Of a DNA stretch of 64,000 nt, positions 10,731 to 23,700 are shown piece by piece. A model generated the notes under the pieces. It saw only the letters and a list, made by a program, of their open reading frames with translations. It was not told where the DNA came from and searched no databases. The stretch comes from Vicugna vicugna (taxonomy: Eukaryota). Numbering within the stretch: position 1 is the stretch's first letter; each line of letters opens with the position of its first letter. Location of the stretch: the NCBI GenBank assembly GCA_013265495.1, contig MU058687.1, positions 1,798,001 to 1,862,000 of the forward strand, in the 5' to 3' direction. The position numbers and the translations under genes are program-made.

Positions 10731-13439
10731 ACTTTTAGGTTGTGTATGGTCATTAATATCAATAATTTGGCCAGAAATGATCACTCCAAATTTGTCAGTA
10801 TCTTTGCATCACACATTCTTTTCATACTTCAGCCTCCCCCACCTCCCAGGCCATAATCTCCATGACAGCAAAGATTTTTATAATTAAAAAAAATTGTTCT
10901 ATCTTCAGTGCTCAAAAGAATGCCACAGAGTAGGTGTCTGATAAATTTTTGTTGGATTAATTAAATAATCTTGTGACACCCCATCTCTAGACCTTGTCAG
11001 ACAGGATGTAAGATTTTATGGATCGTGGTATAATGAGGAGATTGAGCCATGCCAGGGTTGTAAGCTGCATTGGGAATGCTGTGCCATGCATTTGCTCATG
11101 TGTTAAGCTATTTAAGTAAGTCTTTAATGTTGAATTTCCATCTCCATTTTGATAAATGACATCCATGAAATTTGCAGACAGCCTTAGTGAACCTCAGGTT
11201 CCCTAAGTGAATCTCAAATAGGGTGTTAGCCTTGCAGTTCCAGTGCCAAGAAGAAACAAATATTGTGTATTCACTGTGGAACAATGAACAAGGAATCTGT
11301 ATGTCTAAGCTATTATTTCACCTGTTTGAGAATCTTGCTCAAGGCTTCAAAACCAGACAGAAATCACCTCTCAAATTATGCAAGGCAGTATAGCAAGAGC
11401 AACAACTTACCTCTCACTCTAGTCACTGATTATTTCATTTCCCCTTATTCCAAAGCAGACCTTCCCTTGCGGTATCTGCAAAAAGAGATCCTTTGGAACC
11501 TTTAATTTCCTTGCTGTCTTTCCAGTGACATTGATCACTCTTCTCCTCATTGGTGAACCTGGCTGCTAGATGGAGGGGGGGTGTGTGTGTGTGTATTTCA
11601 GACTAGAAGAGACCCACTTCATTTATATAAATGTTTTTGTGCCTACTGGATAAACTCTGGGGATGCAACAGGGAACAAGATACACTCCCTGTCCTAAAGG
11701 AGCATGTAATTTGTGGGGCAGGATAGGTGAATAAACCTGTGATTATCATACAGTACAGAACATGGCATGAAGCTCAGCTCTACCATTGTGCCCTGGAAAC
11801 AGTGTAATGGCAGGGATCCTTTACAGCTGAGGGAAACCTTTGAAAAATAAATCCGACATTGAGAAGTACAGCATGAGGTGGTGGCAACAAGATTTCAGGA
11901 TCCTACTGTGCTGAAGTGGCTTGAAAGACCTTCCTAGGACCATTGATAAAACACCAACGAAGCTTCTGACTTTTCAATTTCCAGATCGTAGATAATTCCT
12001 GCCTCTCCTGGCATAGCTGTATCTGTGTTGGTCAGTTGCGTTTTCCCAAGCAGCAATTACAACCCTTGGTACTGTGTTAAGAAGGGTAAAAGTCGTATGA
12101 AAATCTGTAAGCCCCAGTCCAAGAAGGGTTTTTGCCACTACATTTGTAGATAAACCATAACTATAGAAATGTGGAATCCCAGCGTCTGCTGTGAGTGGAG
12201 AGTATCTTGTCTTTAAGGGACTGACAGCACGTGATACACCAAGGTAGATGCTCGTTAATGTGGATCTGGTGGAGGACTGGCGTCTTATTTTTTTTTCATT
12301 AACTTGTGTTGTCTTTTCAGATATCTACTAAAACCTCACCACTCTTAAGTGTCACTTTGTGGGTTTTGTCGTTCCATGGCGGAACTAGAAGTTACTGCAC
12401 ATGTGGCCATTAAACACTAATTGAGAGAGATCTGTGATCAGAATCTGGATTCCGTAGTCACTTCCTTGAGGTTCAGAAAATACCCAGAGAGTCCAAAGCT
12501 TCTCTTAATTACTGAAGATTTTTGGCTCCACACTTCTGTGTGGAATTCCTGACTTTGGTGATTTGGGCTTCTTTTACCGACCAAACCTAAGGCCTAAGAC
12601 AGAAGCCACCTAGTCAGCCTTCTGAGCATCTTCCCTTCAGGCCCACCCCCTAATCTTGATCCTCAGACTATTTTACTGTTGAAAAGAGGCATGGAAAGAT
12701 AAGTCTAAGGAAAGGCACATTTTTCCATAAGGCTCTAGAATAAAGCTGGCCTCAGATGCCCATTCTTTGACCTCCCCTTCTTGAATGACAGGCTTCACCA
12801 TCTTGCCTTAAGAGCTGCTTGGGAAGATATAATCCAAAAGAGGGCTGATCCAAAAAGAAAACGTGAGCAATGAACAAGAGCTTTTATCATCATATTACAA
12901 ACACTGATCTCCAGTTCCCAGGCCCAGCACCCTGCCTCAGCCTTGGAGTGGGGGAGAAGGGTGAGGAGAAACCAGCAGTAATGTGCCCTGCACCCCAGCC
13001 TTATCATCTCTCACTTGACTGTTGTGACTCTTAACTGGTCTGAACTTTCCTTATTAGCACCTTTTATCCCATCCCACAAAACAGCACTACGTTGACCTGC
13101 CGCCACCACAGATCTGACAGAGCACTGCCCTGGGAGAACCCTTGAGCCAGCTTCCTGCTGACTATTGGAGGAAGAGCAGACTCTCTGGCATTCAGGGACC
13201 TCACCAAGATGTTCTTCTGTCTGTTCCTGCCATTTATTAGTCTAAGCCTTAGCCAGAGTAGAGTGCGTTCTGTTTCTCATTCTTCCTGCTTAATCTGTCT
13301 CTGCATTTTAACTCCTGCTTTTTCTTTTCATGTAGGAACCACCACCACTCCACCACCCCCTCACCAGTCCTCCTACCTATCCTTTTAGGACCAGTTCAAA
13401 AGCCTTCTTTGAATTTCCCTAGTGCTTTTACTATGGCAG

Positions 13440-13625
13440 TTGTCACATTCTGGAGGCCTTTAATACTGCTCTTTGTCTAGGTGTCTTGTCTCACTTACTA
13501 GATGACCAATTCCTTCGTGGCTTGAGGGCAAGGCCACCTTTTAATCTGTATATACCTATACTCCTAGGCCCTCCCCCAAGGCCTTGCCTACGATGGTCAG
13601 TACAGTGAATATTTATTGAATTATC
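13440..13625 (+). mobile_element. L2 3' terminal fragment
   Basis: gtcttgtctcacttactagat...gaatatttattgaa. Confidence 0.55.
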
Positions 13626-14689
13626 TTTGAGTTTTGAGCATCCCAGACTGTAGCATTTCTAGAGCATGCCAGTAGAGCAGCAGTGATCTGGTGGGGCCTC
13701 TTTGGATACCAAAAGGTTATGTATCTGGGTGGGTGGTGGGTGCATTCTGGGGAGCCATCAGGGCAATACCGTCATATTTTAATTATAGCACTGTTCAGCA
13801 GCACTACTTTTAGCAAACAGCAGTAACAAGCAGTAACACTTGGGCGGGCTGGCCGCCGGAAATTGGCCTCCCTCTCTGTTTCTCCTACCCCCTTTTTCAA
13901 TCCATCACCTGTATTTATTCCCGCTGTAATTTAAACACCTGTCTAGATGGAATGTGTGCAATGTGTCCCTACCCCACACATTCAGATATTTGCTCACCTG
14001 CCTTATTCGGAAGGTTGGCTCTAAAATAAACAGTGTTTTGGTACTAAAAGAAAAAATGCACTGAGGTCACCGTGGCAATGGACATGAGGAAGGAGATGGG
14101 AATGGAACCTCTGAATAAGCTGCTCCGGGAGAGTGAGGGCAGAGGAAGAGGAGGAGGAGGAGGGAGAGGAGGAGAGCAAAGGGTGAAGTGTCTGCCAGCA
14201 GGCCCTAGGGCTTAGGCAGTGGGACAGTCCCTCCCGTGACTAGGTTTTTCCCAAGGCAGTCACACAGCCAACCAGCTAGAGAAAGGCAGGAGTGGAAGAA
14301 TATTTAACAAGGTTAAATATTGTTTTGAGGCTTAAAGGTCTTGGTTTATTTTTAATGACCACTGTTCCTCGTGGCAGCAAAATAAGTAGACTTGAAATTT
14401 GCTGAAGCTTGTTCTAAATCGCTTTATCCACTTTTGCATCCTTGGCCAATTTCACGATTACTCATATTAATGTTTGAGCATCCAAAGGGCAATGAGAAAT
14501 AGTAAAACCTCAAAGTTCCTGATAGAATTTTTTTGCTACTCTTTCCCTTTGGTCATTTTACGTCTTGCTTCTCACTCCATCAGGTCATTTCTGCTGGTTT
14601 TGGGATGATCCCCTGAGCTTTATGGAGGAGAAGCACTGAATGGTTCCGCTTTTCTGTTCTTTCTTTTCCTTTTCTACTATGCCCTGTAA

Positions 14690-14835
14690 CAAGTGCTTCT
14701 CAAACTTTAAGATGCATGTGAATTACCTGTGGATCTTGTCAAATGCATATTTCTGTTCCCTGGGGCTGAGGCTGGGCTGAGGCTGCATTTTTAACAAGCT
14801 CCCAGGTAATGCAGGTGCTGCTGGGTCCACAGATG
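14690..14835. mobile_element. MER5-type hAT MITE
   Basis: agtgcttctcaaactttaagatgcatgtgaattacctg...ttttaacaagctcccaggtaatgc. Confidence 0.75.
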
Positions 14836-14874
14836 GAATTGTAAATTCCGGGTTCAGTGGTACAAGGCAGTGGG

Positions 14875-15090
14875 AATAACACAAGAGTTAAAAACTACAA
14901 GATTGGAGATTTCTGAGTCAGGCAGACTGGGAATTGAAACTAGGGGCTGACATGTAACAGTTATTTGTTCCTGAGCAAGTTATTTTACCTCTCAACCTCA
15001 ATCTCCTTATCTATAGATGAGGGCAATAATTGTACCTAACTGAACTTAGAACAATGCCTGGCAAAAACAAAGTTTTCATTAAATTTAGCC
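14875..15090 (+). mobile_element. MIR SINE
   Basis: gagtcaggcagactggg...gagcaagttattttacctc...cttagaacaatgcctggca. Confidence 0.75.
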
Positions 15091-16067
15091 ATAATATAGC
15101 CATAATAGCCATCATTAGTGCTAATATGACTTTGTTGTTATTATTACTGTTATTGTAGTGAAAACTGAAAGGTTTCATATTTGCATAAAAATTGATTATG
15201 GAAGAACATTTTAGAGGTCCAAACAGAGTCTTACAAGGTTCTTATAGGCATGTACTATCTTTTGCACATAAAGATGTTGATATCTATTATCAGTAAGGTA
15301 TATTCTTTGAGTCATAGTTTCAATAATTAAAATGGCTTTTAGTTAACTATCCCATCAGGCTTCCAGACCCCTTTGAGACCAGTGGCATCAGTTCACGAGT
15401 TGGCTAGCCTAGATTTACTACCATAGTCTCTGCTTATTAGCCCAGAGAAGCCAGCTGGCCCGATGGCCACAGCCTCTACCTGAACAGCCTAATACTCCTA
15501 ACTAAAACAGTGAGCCCCTGTTTTGTGACTAGTGCTCTGTCTATGTGCTGTGAGCCTGTCTTTTAAAAAAAAATTCTTTAGCAGTGAAATGTTAATCATA
15601 AGCATTGTTGCAAATCGGGTGTAGATAAATGCCATTTTCCACTTTCTCTTCATCTGATCAAAGCTGGTTTTATTACATTATCTGGAGAAAGGTAGATGGA
15701 CAGAGAAGCAGATGCAGCCTGGTGACAGCAATATTCATCATCCTCTCTTGTTGAGGAAGAAACCTCCAGGTGTGAACTCTAATTGGCTTGTAACATTTCT
15801 TAATGTCTGTCCAGTGCTGGGAGATTATCCCTGCCCTTTGGTCTTCTCTGGTCACGACAAGTTTCTACTAGGGCCAAAACTGACGCTTGGATCCACTTTA
15901 GTTCAGTGACTTTTTCTACCTATTCTAGGAAAAAAACCAAGAAGCTGAAAGGAAGGACAAGAGGCTTTCTTAATTCATTTAATCTAGAGACAATTTGCTT
16001 GGACTGAGCTTTAGCCAGGCGTGAATCTGTACATGTAAGATTCAGCACATTCTGGTCAAACCCTCTA

Positions 16068-16265
16068 GAGCTGTGCTGTACTGTAAGGTGGCCTCTACCT
16101 GCATATGGCTTTTTAAATTTAAGTCATATAAGGTTTAAGATCCAGTTCCTCAGTCACACTTCACGTGCACAAGGGCCACATGTGGCTTGTGGCTGCTCTA
16201 CTGGACAGTGCAGATCATAGAACCTCTCCTTCACAGTACCTTCTACTGGGTAGCACTGTTCTAGA
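16068..16265. mobile_element. MER3 hAT MITE
   Basis: ctgtgctgtac...gttcctcagtcacac...gccacatgtggcttgtggct...tagcactgttctaga. Confidence 0.75.
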
Positions 16266-16837
16266 ACAGGGATTGAAAATAGGTCATCTCCCCTGTCAGT
16301 CTGACTGGATTGGTGATGGCTACCTGGGGAAATCTGTAAAGAAGACTCTGAGACCATGTCTAAGTGAGCCCCAGGTTGTTTGGGAACTTTTCAGCAGTGT
16401 ACGTCCTGGGAAGGCAGAGCTTGGTGCAGTGGAGGTGGTTGTGGCATAAGCACTGAGTGTGACAAAACCATAGAAGCAGGAATAGACTATTTAGAGGGGC
16501 AGGTTGTTATGGTTTGATAGAGACAGATTTTTGTTTTTTAAAGCAGGAATTCTTTGGAAAGAAAGATGAGAAGCTTTAAAAAGTTTTCATATTCCTTATA
16601 TAATCTCGCATTTAAGTAGTGGTAATTTTCGCTATTTTTCTTAAAATTAAGGATGCTTTGCTTTTGTGTAGCAGTAAATCATAATGGCTACCAATTCTTG
16701 GTTTATCCATGAAACGCAGAATGGATGTTCCATGAAAAAACAAAATCTTCCAAGAGTCCCAAAATTAGTTTTATGTTCATGCCGTCTTTTACTATACCTG
16801 CTAAGAAACAAAACTGAATGAGGATGGTTGTTTGGGG

Positions 16838-16838
<1 letters not shown>

Positions 16839-16869
<31 letters not shown>
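16839..16869. repeat. T31 homopolymer
   Basis: Directly visible. Confidence 0.95.
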
Positions 16870-16872
<3 letters not shown>

Positions 16873-17094
16873 ATACTTCTTTAATATTCTCTGGTGAAGG
16901 GTAACAAGTAGGAAATAAAACTTTAGGGAAGGAAGAAAAAGCTGGTATAGTTTGGTGTAATTGATCCCTGTCTTACCACTGTTTCCAGAATTTGAGGTAT
17001 GTATCTGATCATATTTTTAAAAATACCTAGTAATTAAGAGTAACTAGGACTATTTCACTATTAGTTCCAAAGCTAGAAAATGGATTTTAAAACA

Positions 17095-17560
17095 AGAGAA
17101 CCAGTCCTGCAACTGTTACATGACCTTGGGCAAATTACTTACATTAACCTCTCTAAGCCTTAGTTTCTCTGTCTCTGAAAGGAGCATCACAGTATCTACA
17201 TCCATGAGCAATGGGGAAGGAGGAAGTGAGATAGAAAACATCGCTTATTTATGAGTGCCTGACGGCGCTACTGTAAGGGCTCAAACGTTAAACCACATTT
17301 TCTGGAAAACACATACCACATGCACTTGAAGGAGAACATTCTCCGTTCTAATTGTGGCCCTGCTGCTTAGTGGGCATGTTGCTTTTGTCTAATTGTTTAC
17401 TGTCTCTGGACTTTAATTTCCTCTTTTGTAAAATGGGAGTAACAATAGAACCTACTTCAAAGGCTTGCTCAGGTTTAGGTGAGATAATGCATATCAAGAA
17501 AATGCAAGGCCATGTAAGCCCATGGCACATAGTGAGCATTCAGTAAGTGTGAGCAATTAT
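17095..17560 (+). mobile_element. Two MIR fragments
   Basis: tgaccttgggcaaattactt (about 17120) and ttgtaaaatgggagtaacaatagaacctac...ggcacatagtgagcattc (17400-17560). Confidence 0.7.
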
Positions 17561-18529
17561 GATGAAAATGATGACATTTAAATTAAGGGCAGCCTTCCTA
17601 AAAGAGAGATGTACCAAATCTGGTATCTCTTCTCCTCCCCATTCACTAATCTCCAAGCTATACAGTTTCTACTAAACATGGTAAAGTATGTACATTTATT
17701 TTATTGCTGTTCCACTATAAATTATTAATAAGCCTCTTTTATTAGGTTTTTGGCACAAGTGACTGAGGCAGTCATTGGAGAAGCTGTTATTTATCATAAA
17801 GACCTTTCTCTCTTTGTAGTATTTTTATAAGCTGCAAGTGCATGACTAATTTGAAAAGCCTAGTCTTTAAGGCTAATGGTCCGGGCAGGAACGAGGAAGG
17901 CTCAGTGTTGGGGCAGGAGTGAGTTCAGTCCTGCAGGGAGTCTGTTTGATTGAGAACCTGACCTGTGTTGCCTCTAGTTAGGGCAGGAAGAAGGCTGAGG
18001 CTTTTCAGAGGCACTAGGGACCAGAGAGCACTGCCGTCACATGCCACAGTGTCATCCCCGCCCTTTTGTCAGTGTGGTCTTCTCCCCTGGTGGCAGCAGA
18101 AGAGGGTCAGAAGTGAGAAGCCAAGGTTGGCTCCTGAGGCTTCCTCTGAAGATGGGCCAACACTGGAGGGTGCAGCCGATTGTCTGTAAGCCAGCCTCCA
18201 CAGACACCAGCAATCACTCCTGACCTACGGAAATAACTTTGGTCCCAAGAGAAATATTTGGGTCTTTTGGTGTGAAGACACAGTCCTGGGCTATTGTCAC
18301 TTACTGAATTCTGAACTAGGAATGAAGCCCTATACTCACACTGTTGCTAAAAATGACTTATTTTCTTATTTTTTAAAAATCCAGAATTCTCCCATTTATA
18401 AATATCAAAATTGTTAGGTTTATGGGACACTTTGTAGGAGAACACTTTTCTAGGAATTTACATCTGCTCGCGTCCTAGTGTCTCCCACTCAGCACCCTGC
18501 ATGCAGCTTTGAGTCCCTGCCTCTTTTCA

Positions 18530-18890
18530 GCATCCCCTGTCCATCTTATTTGAAATGCTTCTCAAATCATTCTTTCTTTTCTAATTCCACTCTCACTACC
18601 CAGGTTTTAAGCTTATCACCTAACATCTATATTTCTCATAATAACTTGCATTTTTTCTTTTGGATTATAAAAGTAACACGTGCCCTTTAGGAGTGTGTAT
18701 CTGTGAGTGCATGTGTTTAAGGACATTTGGATCTGTTCTCTGTACAGTTTCATACTGTGTTTTTTTTTTAACTTGAGATGCCAGCATGTTCCTGTATCAT
18801 TAAGTATCTTCAAAAATACTTTGATGGATACATAATATCTCCTTATATGTTTAGAGCAAAATTTATTTAACAGTAAATCCTGTTAGCCAT
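18530..18890 (-). mobile_element. Old L1 (L1ME-like) 3' fragment
   Basis: Antisense L1 3'UTR motifs (ggataca taatat, caaaatttatttaac). Confidence 0.5.
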
Positions 18891-18949
18891 TTAGATCTCC
18901 TTTTTCAATGTTAAAATCAATGTTTGTTTTCAAAAATCTGTTCATAGTA

Positions 18950-19165
18950 TAGTATAATGAATAAGAACACGGGCTTTAGAGTTCTGAAGACCATGGTTCA
19001 GACCCTAGATCTGCCATTTTTCCTAGGCCTCAGTTTCTTTTTGTGTAAAATGGGGATTATAATAGTACTTACCAATAGAATTATGACAGTTTGAATGAGA
19101 TGCATCTGGTGTACTCATTTACACAGAGCTTGGCACATTGTAAGTTCTGCTAAATAGTAACTGCT
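18950..19165 (+). mobile_element. MIR SINE
   Basis: ggcctcagtttcttt...aaaatggggattataatagtac...ttggcacattgtaag. Confidence 0.75.
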
Positions 19166-20039
19166 CTCATAATACTCACCTCATTAATCATCTGCAGTTG
19201 TTTTGCAGTGTAGTTCCTAGAAGTTAGATTGCAGATATCAGCATTTGATACTTTTAATAATATACTGCTGAATCTGTTTGTAAAAAGATTCTATTTGCCA
19301 AATAGATTTGGCAATATATTATTAAAAGTATTAAACATACACTGTTTATGTGACATATTATTATTTAAACAGTGTAGGTACTTATCGAATATCACCCTTT
19401 GCCATTATTACATACTATATTTTTTATTATTGTTGTATATCAGTGGTAACACACAAAAGTGTTAGAATTTACATTTCTTTGGCAGTAGAAGTGACTAGAT
19501 TTAAATGTTTAATTGGCTAATCATACCTTTTCTGTAAATTGTTTCTTAAAGTCAGGGCCCATTTTTCTATTGCCTATGCATCTTTTTTCTAAATCAGTGA
19601 GTTCTTCTTCTTATTAACGACTTAAATTTATTGAACATTGGAACTTTCATATTAGGAAACAAGGGTCAAGAAGACTAAGTAGTTTGCCTAATTCTCAGAA
19701 CCTTGCCAGGCACAAAGTAAATGCTTAGTAAAATCCTTGCTTTTATTTTTGTTATTAATCTTTGTATTTCACAGCACCTAGAATAGTATGGTGTTTTGCA
19801 CATACTAGGAGCAGAATAAATACTTGTTAACTTACATTGACACCAGCCAGCCTCACTTCTGCTCTTGGATGTGCACAGAAGCCAGCCTTTAATGGGTGCC
19901 ATTGTCATTTGTCATAGCCACTGTTTAAGCTCAGATGAGTCAGCATCTCCTGGACACTGCTTGATTATCCCCATATTCTTTTAATGATACTTTCCTAAAA
20001 CTCTGTAAAATCAGGTTATTTCCGTCACTTCATTTCTAG

Positions 20040-20194
20040 GTAACAAACCTGAATTTGGCAAGTGGCGGCATAAACAGAAGCAGTGCTTCAACTCCCCCTA
20101 CCCTTCGGCCTGTCATCAGTCCTAGTGGCCCAACGTGGTCAATACAGCCAGACCCCCAGGCTCCTGAGAGCTACTCCACCCCTCCTGGAAGCAG
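20040..20194 (+). CDS. TTLL5: TTLL5 coding exon [52 protein letters not shown](R)
   Basis: Acceptor tccgtcacttcatttctag|GTA; donor AG|gtaggt at 20195. 155 nt, phase 0 to 2. Translated by hand because it is absent from the ORF track. Confidence 0.95.
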
Positions 20195-20489
20195 GTAGGT
20201 GAAGGCCACGGAGCCAGCATTTGGGTCACCCAGGGACAGCCTGGGTCCTACGCAAGCCATTCTTATGTGGGTCCCCGCACAAGCACCAGTAAGACAGGTG
20301 CCTTTCCCCACCCATGTCCACCTTCTGGTGCTTGAACACAGGGCCTCACTTTACTGGTAAGGCAGTTTGTGGGCAAATCAAATGAAAAGGAAAGTTCTGA
20401 TACAGCTCAGCAATTTCACTTCTGGGTGAAAGAGCAAGAATTTTTACTATGTTTAATCCTTGCCTGTAGTCAACATTTTCTTCCTTTCT

Positions 20490-20750
20490 TTGTTTTTTTT
20501 TTAAATATATTTTTATTGAAGTATAGTCAGTTTACAGTATTGTGTCAGTTTCTGGTGTACAGCACAATACTTCCATCATATAGGAACATACGTATCTTTG
20601 TTTTCATATTCTTTTTAACCATAAGTTACTACAAGATATTGAATATAGTTCCCTGTGCTGTACAGTATAAACTTGTTGTTTATCTATTTTATATATAGTA
20701 ATTAGTATCTGCAAATCTTGAACTCCCTATTTATCCCTTCCCACCCCCTT
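20490..20750 (-). mobile_element. 5'-truncated L1 3' end about 300 bp downstream of exon B
   Basis: poly-T + ttttattgaagtatagtcagtttacag...gaatatagttccctgtgctgtacagt. Confidence 0.8.
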
Positions 20751-23700
20751 CATGTATTGACTTTTGACATTTTCTCCTCATCTCCTAATTCTTTTTTATA
20801 CCTTCTGCTACATTGTGTTACAGTAACTTTGGACCCTTTCCTTTAGAGGGACATGCTTGTTTTTTATGTTTTCATGTAAGGTTATCTAATTTAACTCAAA
20901 CAGCCTCTCTGGACACTGTTCATTTGGGAGGTGGGAAGGCAATTCCCTTTACGTAGTTAAGCAAAGCGGCAGAGGATAAAATCCAAATAGATTCTGCCCG
21001 TAAAGTAAGCAACCTCTGACTTAAAGAAGAAACCACAGTATTGAATTCTAGTCTCGATTTAAATTTTAAGTCCTCTGTGTAAAAATCCTAAGAAGAAATC
21101 AATTCCCAGTGCATCTTGCTTTAGTGGCTATTAATAAATATGGGTTTGATTGCACCAGTCCCGGAGTCTAATGAGCTAGAGAGGAGTGTGACTGTTACAG
21201 TGAAGCATTCTGACCAGCTGAGATATTGTCCCCTCCAATGAAGAAGCTCTCCCACAGGTCTCACCAGGTCCCCACCCCCGGGCCAACACTTCCAGCCTCT
21301 GCCAGCCAGCTGTCTCTCAGGATGCTGCCTTGTCCTGAGGTCAAAAGGGGTGAACGAAGGCTTGAGCATGGAGGAAATACCTAATTGTTGTTAAAGTATC
21401 TGTTGGTGTTAGAATGATTACTTAAGGAGCTAATTTGGGAAGCAGAGAGTCTGCCCAGGAAGCAGCATAAACACAGGCACATTACATCATGCTCTGGTAC
21501 AGTGTCCTTCATACCAGTGATCATGGTGGTCAGGGGTGAAAAGAATCATCTCAGTGAAGAATTATGAAGAGCTGAAGACCAAGAGGCAGGGCTTTTTAAG
21601 ACAGGACATCCTCCCACGCAATTCTCTTCACAGGAGAAGTCTGTCCTTTAGTGATTTACAGTTACAGAGTAACCGCATTCCTAAAACATAAGTCGTAAAA
21701 AAAAAGAAATTCTGTTTATACCACAGAGCTTTATCTTCCATATAAAATATTTCCGAATATTCCATTTTCATTTACAATCAGAGCCTTGTTTCTATGGAAA
21801 ACATTTTCACTGCAATCTTGGCTATATTATCTATATGACAAGGCTACAGCCGTTTTCCATGCTATAAACAAAATGTCAAAACTACATACTCTGGAGAAAT
21901 AGAGTTTTAGCATTTTTTTATGCTTATGGGTGGAATAAAAATTATGACTGGGTTTAGAGTCTTCTCTTGGTAGCACCTGTTAATGCTGAGACACAAAAAG
22001 ATGAAGGAATTGGTCAAAGTCAGAGGCAGGACCCAGGTCCCACACTGTGAGTGGCCTTCTCCCAGCCGGACTGTGCTCATGAGCTGGCACATGGTGCTTT
22101 CGACTTCAGAACCGTTGGCACCAGACAGTAGCCCCCACAGAGTCCCCTGGTCTCTCCTGTTTTGGGTTAGTTGTCCCCACAATGGCCCTCTCTTCACCTG
22201 CTCTTCCAGCTTTAGGGCCAGTCTTCAGGCCCCATCCCAGTCCAGGGTAGCCCTGGAAAATCTTCTTCTGCCCCCGTATAACCTCTGGTTGCCAGGCCAG
22301 CCTGGAAGCTCAGCTTGGGAGTTCCTGCTCCATGTGGAATTCCCAGAGATACCTACCCTAAAGCAGCCCTAAGTGATTTCTCAGAGGTCCTTACAGAACC
22401 AGCTATGATGTGGGCCCCAGCCAGACCTCCAGCAGGCATTCTGCACAGTTCTGTACCCCAGTTTCTCTATTTACCTGCTAAGTCACTGTTTTGTGGATAT
22501 TTATTTAGTCTCTTACTGTTCCTTCCTCAGAAGTAAGGGTGACTAAGTTTAGTGAATAAGGGATTAGTAGCTTAGAGATGTGACTTTCATTACTGGTTTT
22601 TGACACTAACTGACCCTAAACTATTAATTTAATCTTTTTATTGGGTCAGCATACTCACATATAAACTGGCCTGTTTTGAGAGCTTTTAGGTGGTCCTTAA
22701 AGCACTTTGATCTCCCTGGAAGTGGGTGCTAAGTAAATAAAAGGTACTCTTACTTGTTCATCTACAATTGCATCAGTGGATTCCAGTGCTGATAAACTCT
22801 CATAATTCACTGAACCAGGGGCTGCCCTGTAAACAGTAAAAAGATGTAAGGAGAATCCAGTGTGGGCTGTACTTTTCATCTGCATATTGGAGGATTCAGG
22901 GACTTGGTAGCCACAGGAATGAAAACGGGTGACTCACAAGAACCCTGCAAATAGTGTTATTTTTCATTTCCCTCTGGTGTTGCTATTGTTCTCAATTTTA
23001 TGGATCACACAAGTTTTCACCAGACAACCTTGTTCTTCCCCCGCTGATTTGAAACCACCCCAAATGTAGCCCAGGGCTGTCGTCTCCCATTGGGTCAGTG
23101 TGAGCTCAGCCCAGCTCCTCAAATCCCTTGGTTCCTTTGGTCTGTCTGGAGTCCCTGCTCGAGCTTTGTTGTGGGANNNNNNNNNNNNNNNNNNNNNNNN
23201 NNNNNNNNNNNNNNNNNNNNNNNNNNNNNNNNNNNNNNNNNNNNNNNNNNNNNNNNNNNNNNNNNNNNNNNNNNNNNNNNNNNNNNNNNNNNNNNNNNNN
23301 NNNNNNNNNNNNNNNNNNNNNNNNNNNNNNNNNNNNNNNNAGTAGTCAGGGCCAAACACAGTCACATGTTTAGAAGGCTGAGGTGTGCCTCAGAGCAAAG
23401 CCGATTTAGAATTATACAGTTGGGCCTCCAGCATGCAGGTACCGAGTGTTCATGGCCTCTTTTTTTCTTAAAGGGATCGTATTCGGTTTGTAGATGCTGA
23501 TACATGGGTATTGGGCATTTCTTTAGCCAATGAGATGGGTAGGATTTCTCAAGCTACCTTTAACTATCCATTTTTCTGGGCACGTGGGGAGTCGTTTGGA
23601 GCTGAGGCTTGAGGGGGGAGGCCTCTCTTTATTACTGACAGCCTTGCGTGGGATCGGATGGTGTCAGGGAGGAGCACTTCCTAGGTGAGGCGTGCTCAGT

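Larger units (their letters stand above)
1697..20039 (+). other. TTLL5: TTLL5 intron (18,343 bp, phase 0)
   Basis: gtatgg...catttctag boundaries between exons A and B. Confidence 0.92.

Noticed and set aside
16839-16869. T31 run as the tail of a hidden retrocopy
   Set aside because: There is no recognisable element body or TSD next to it.
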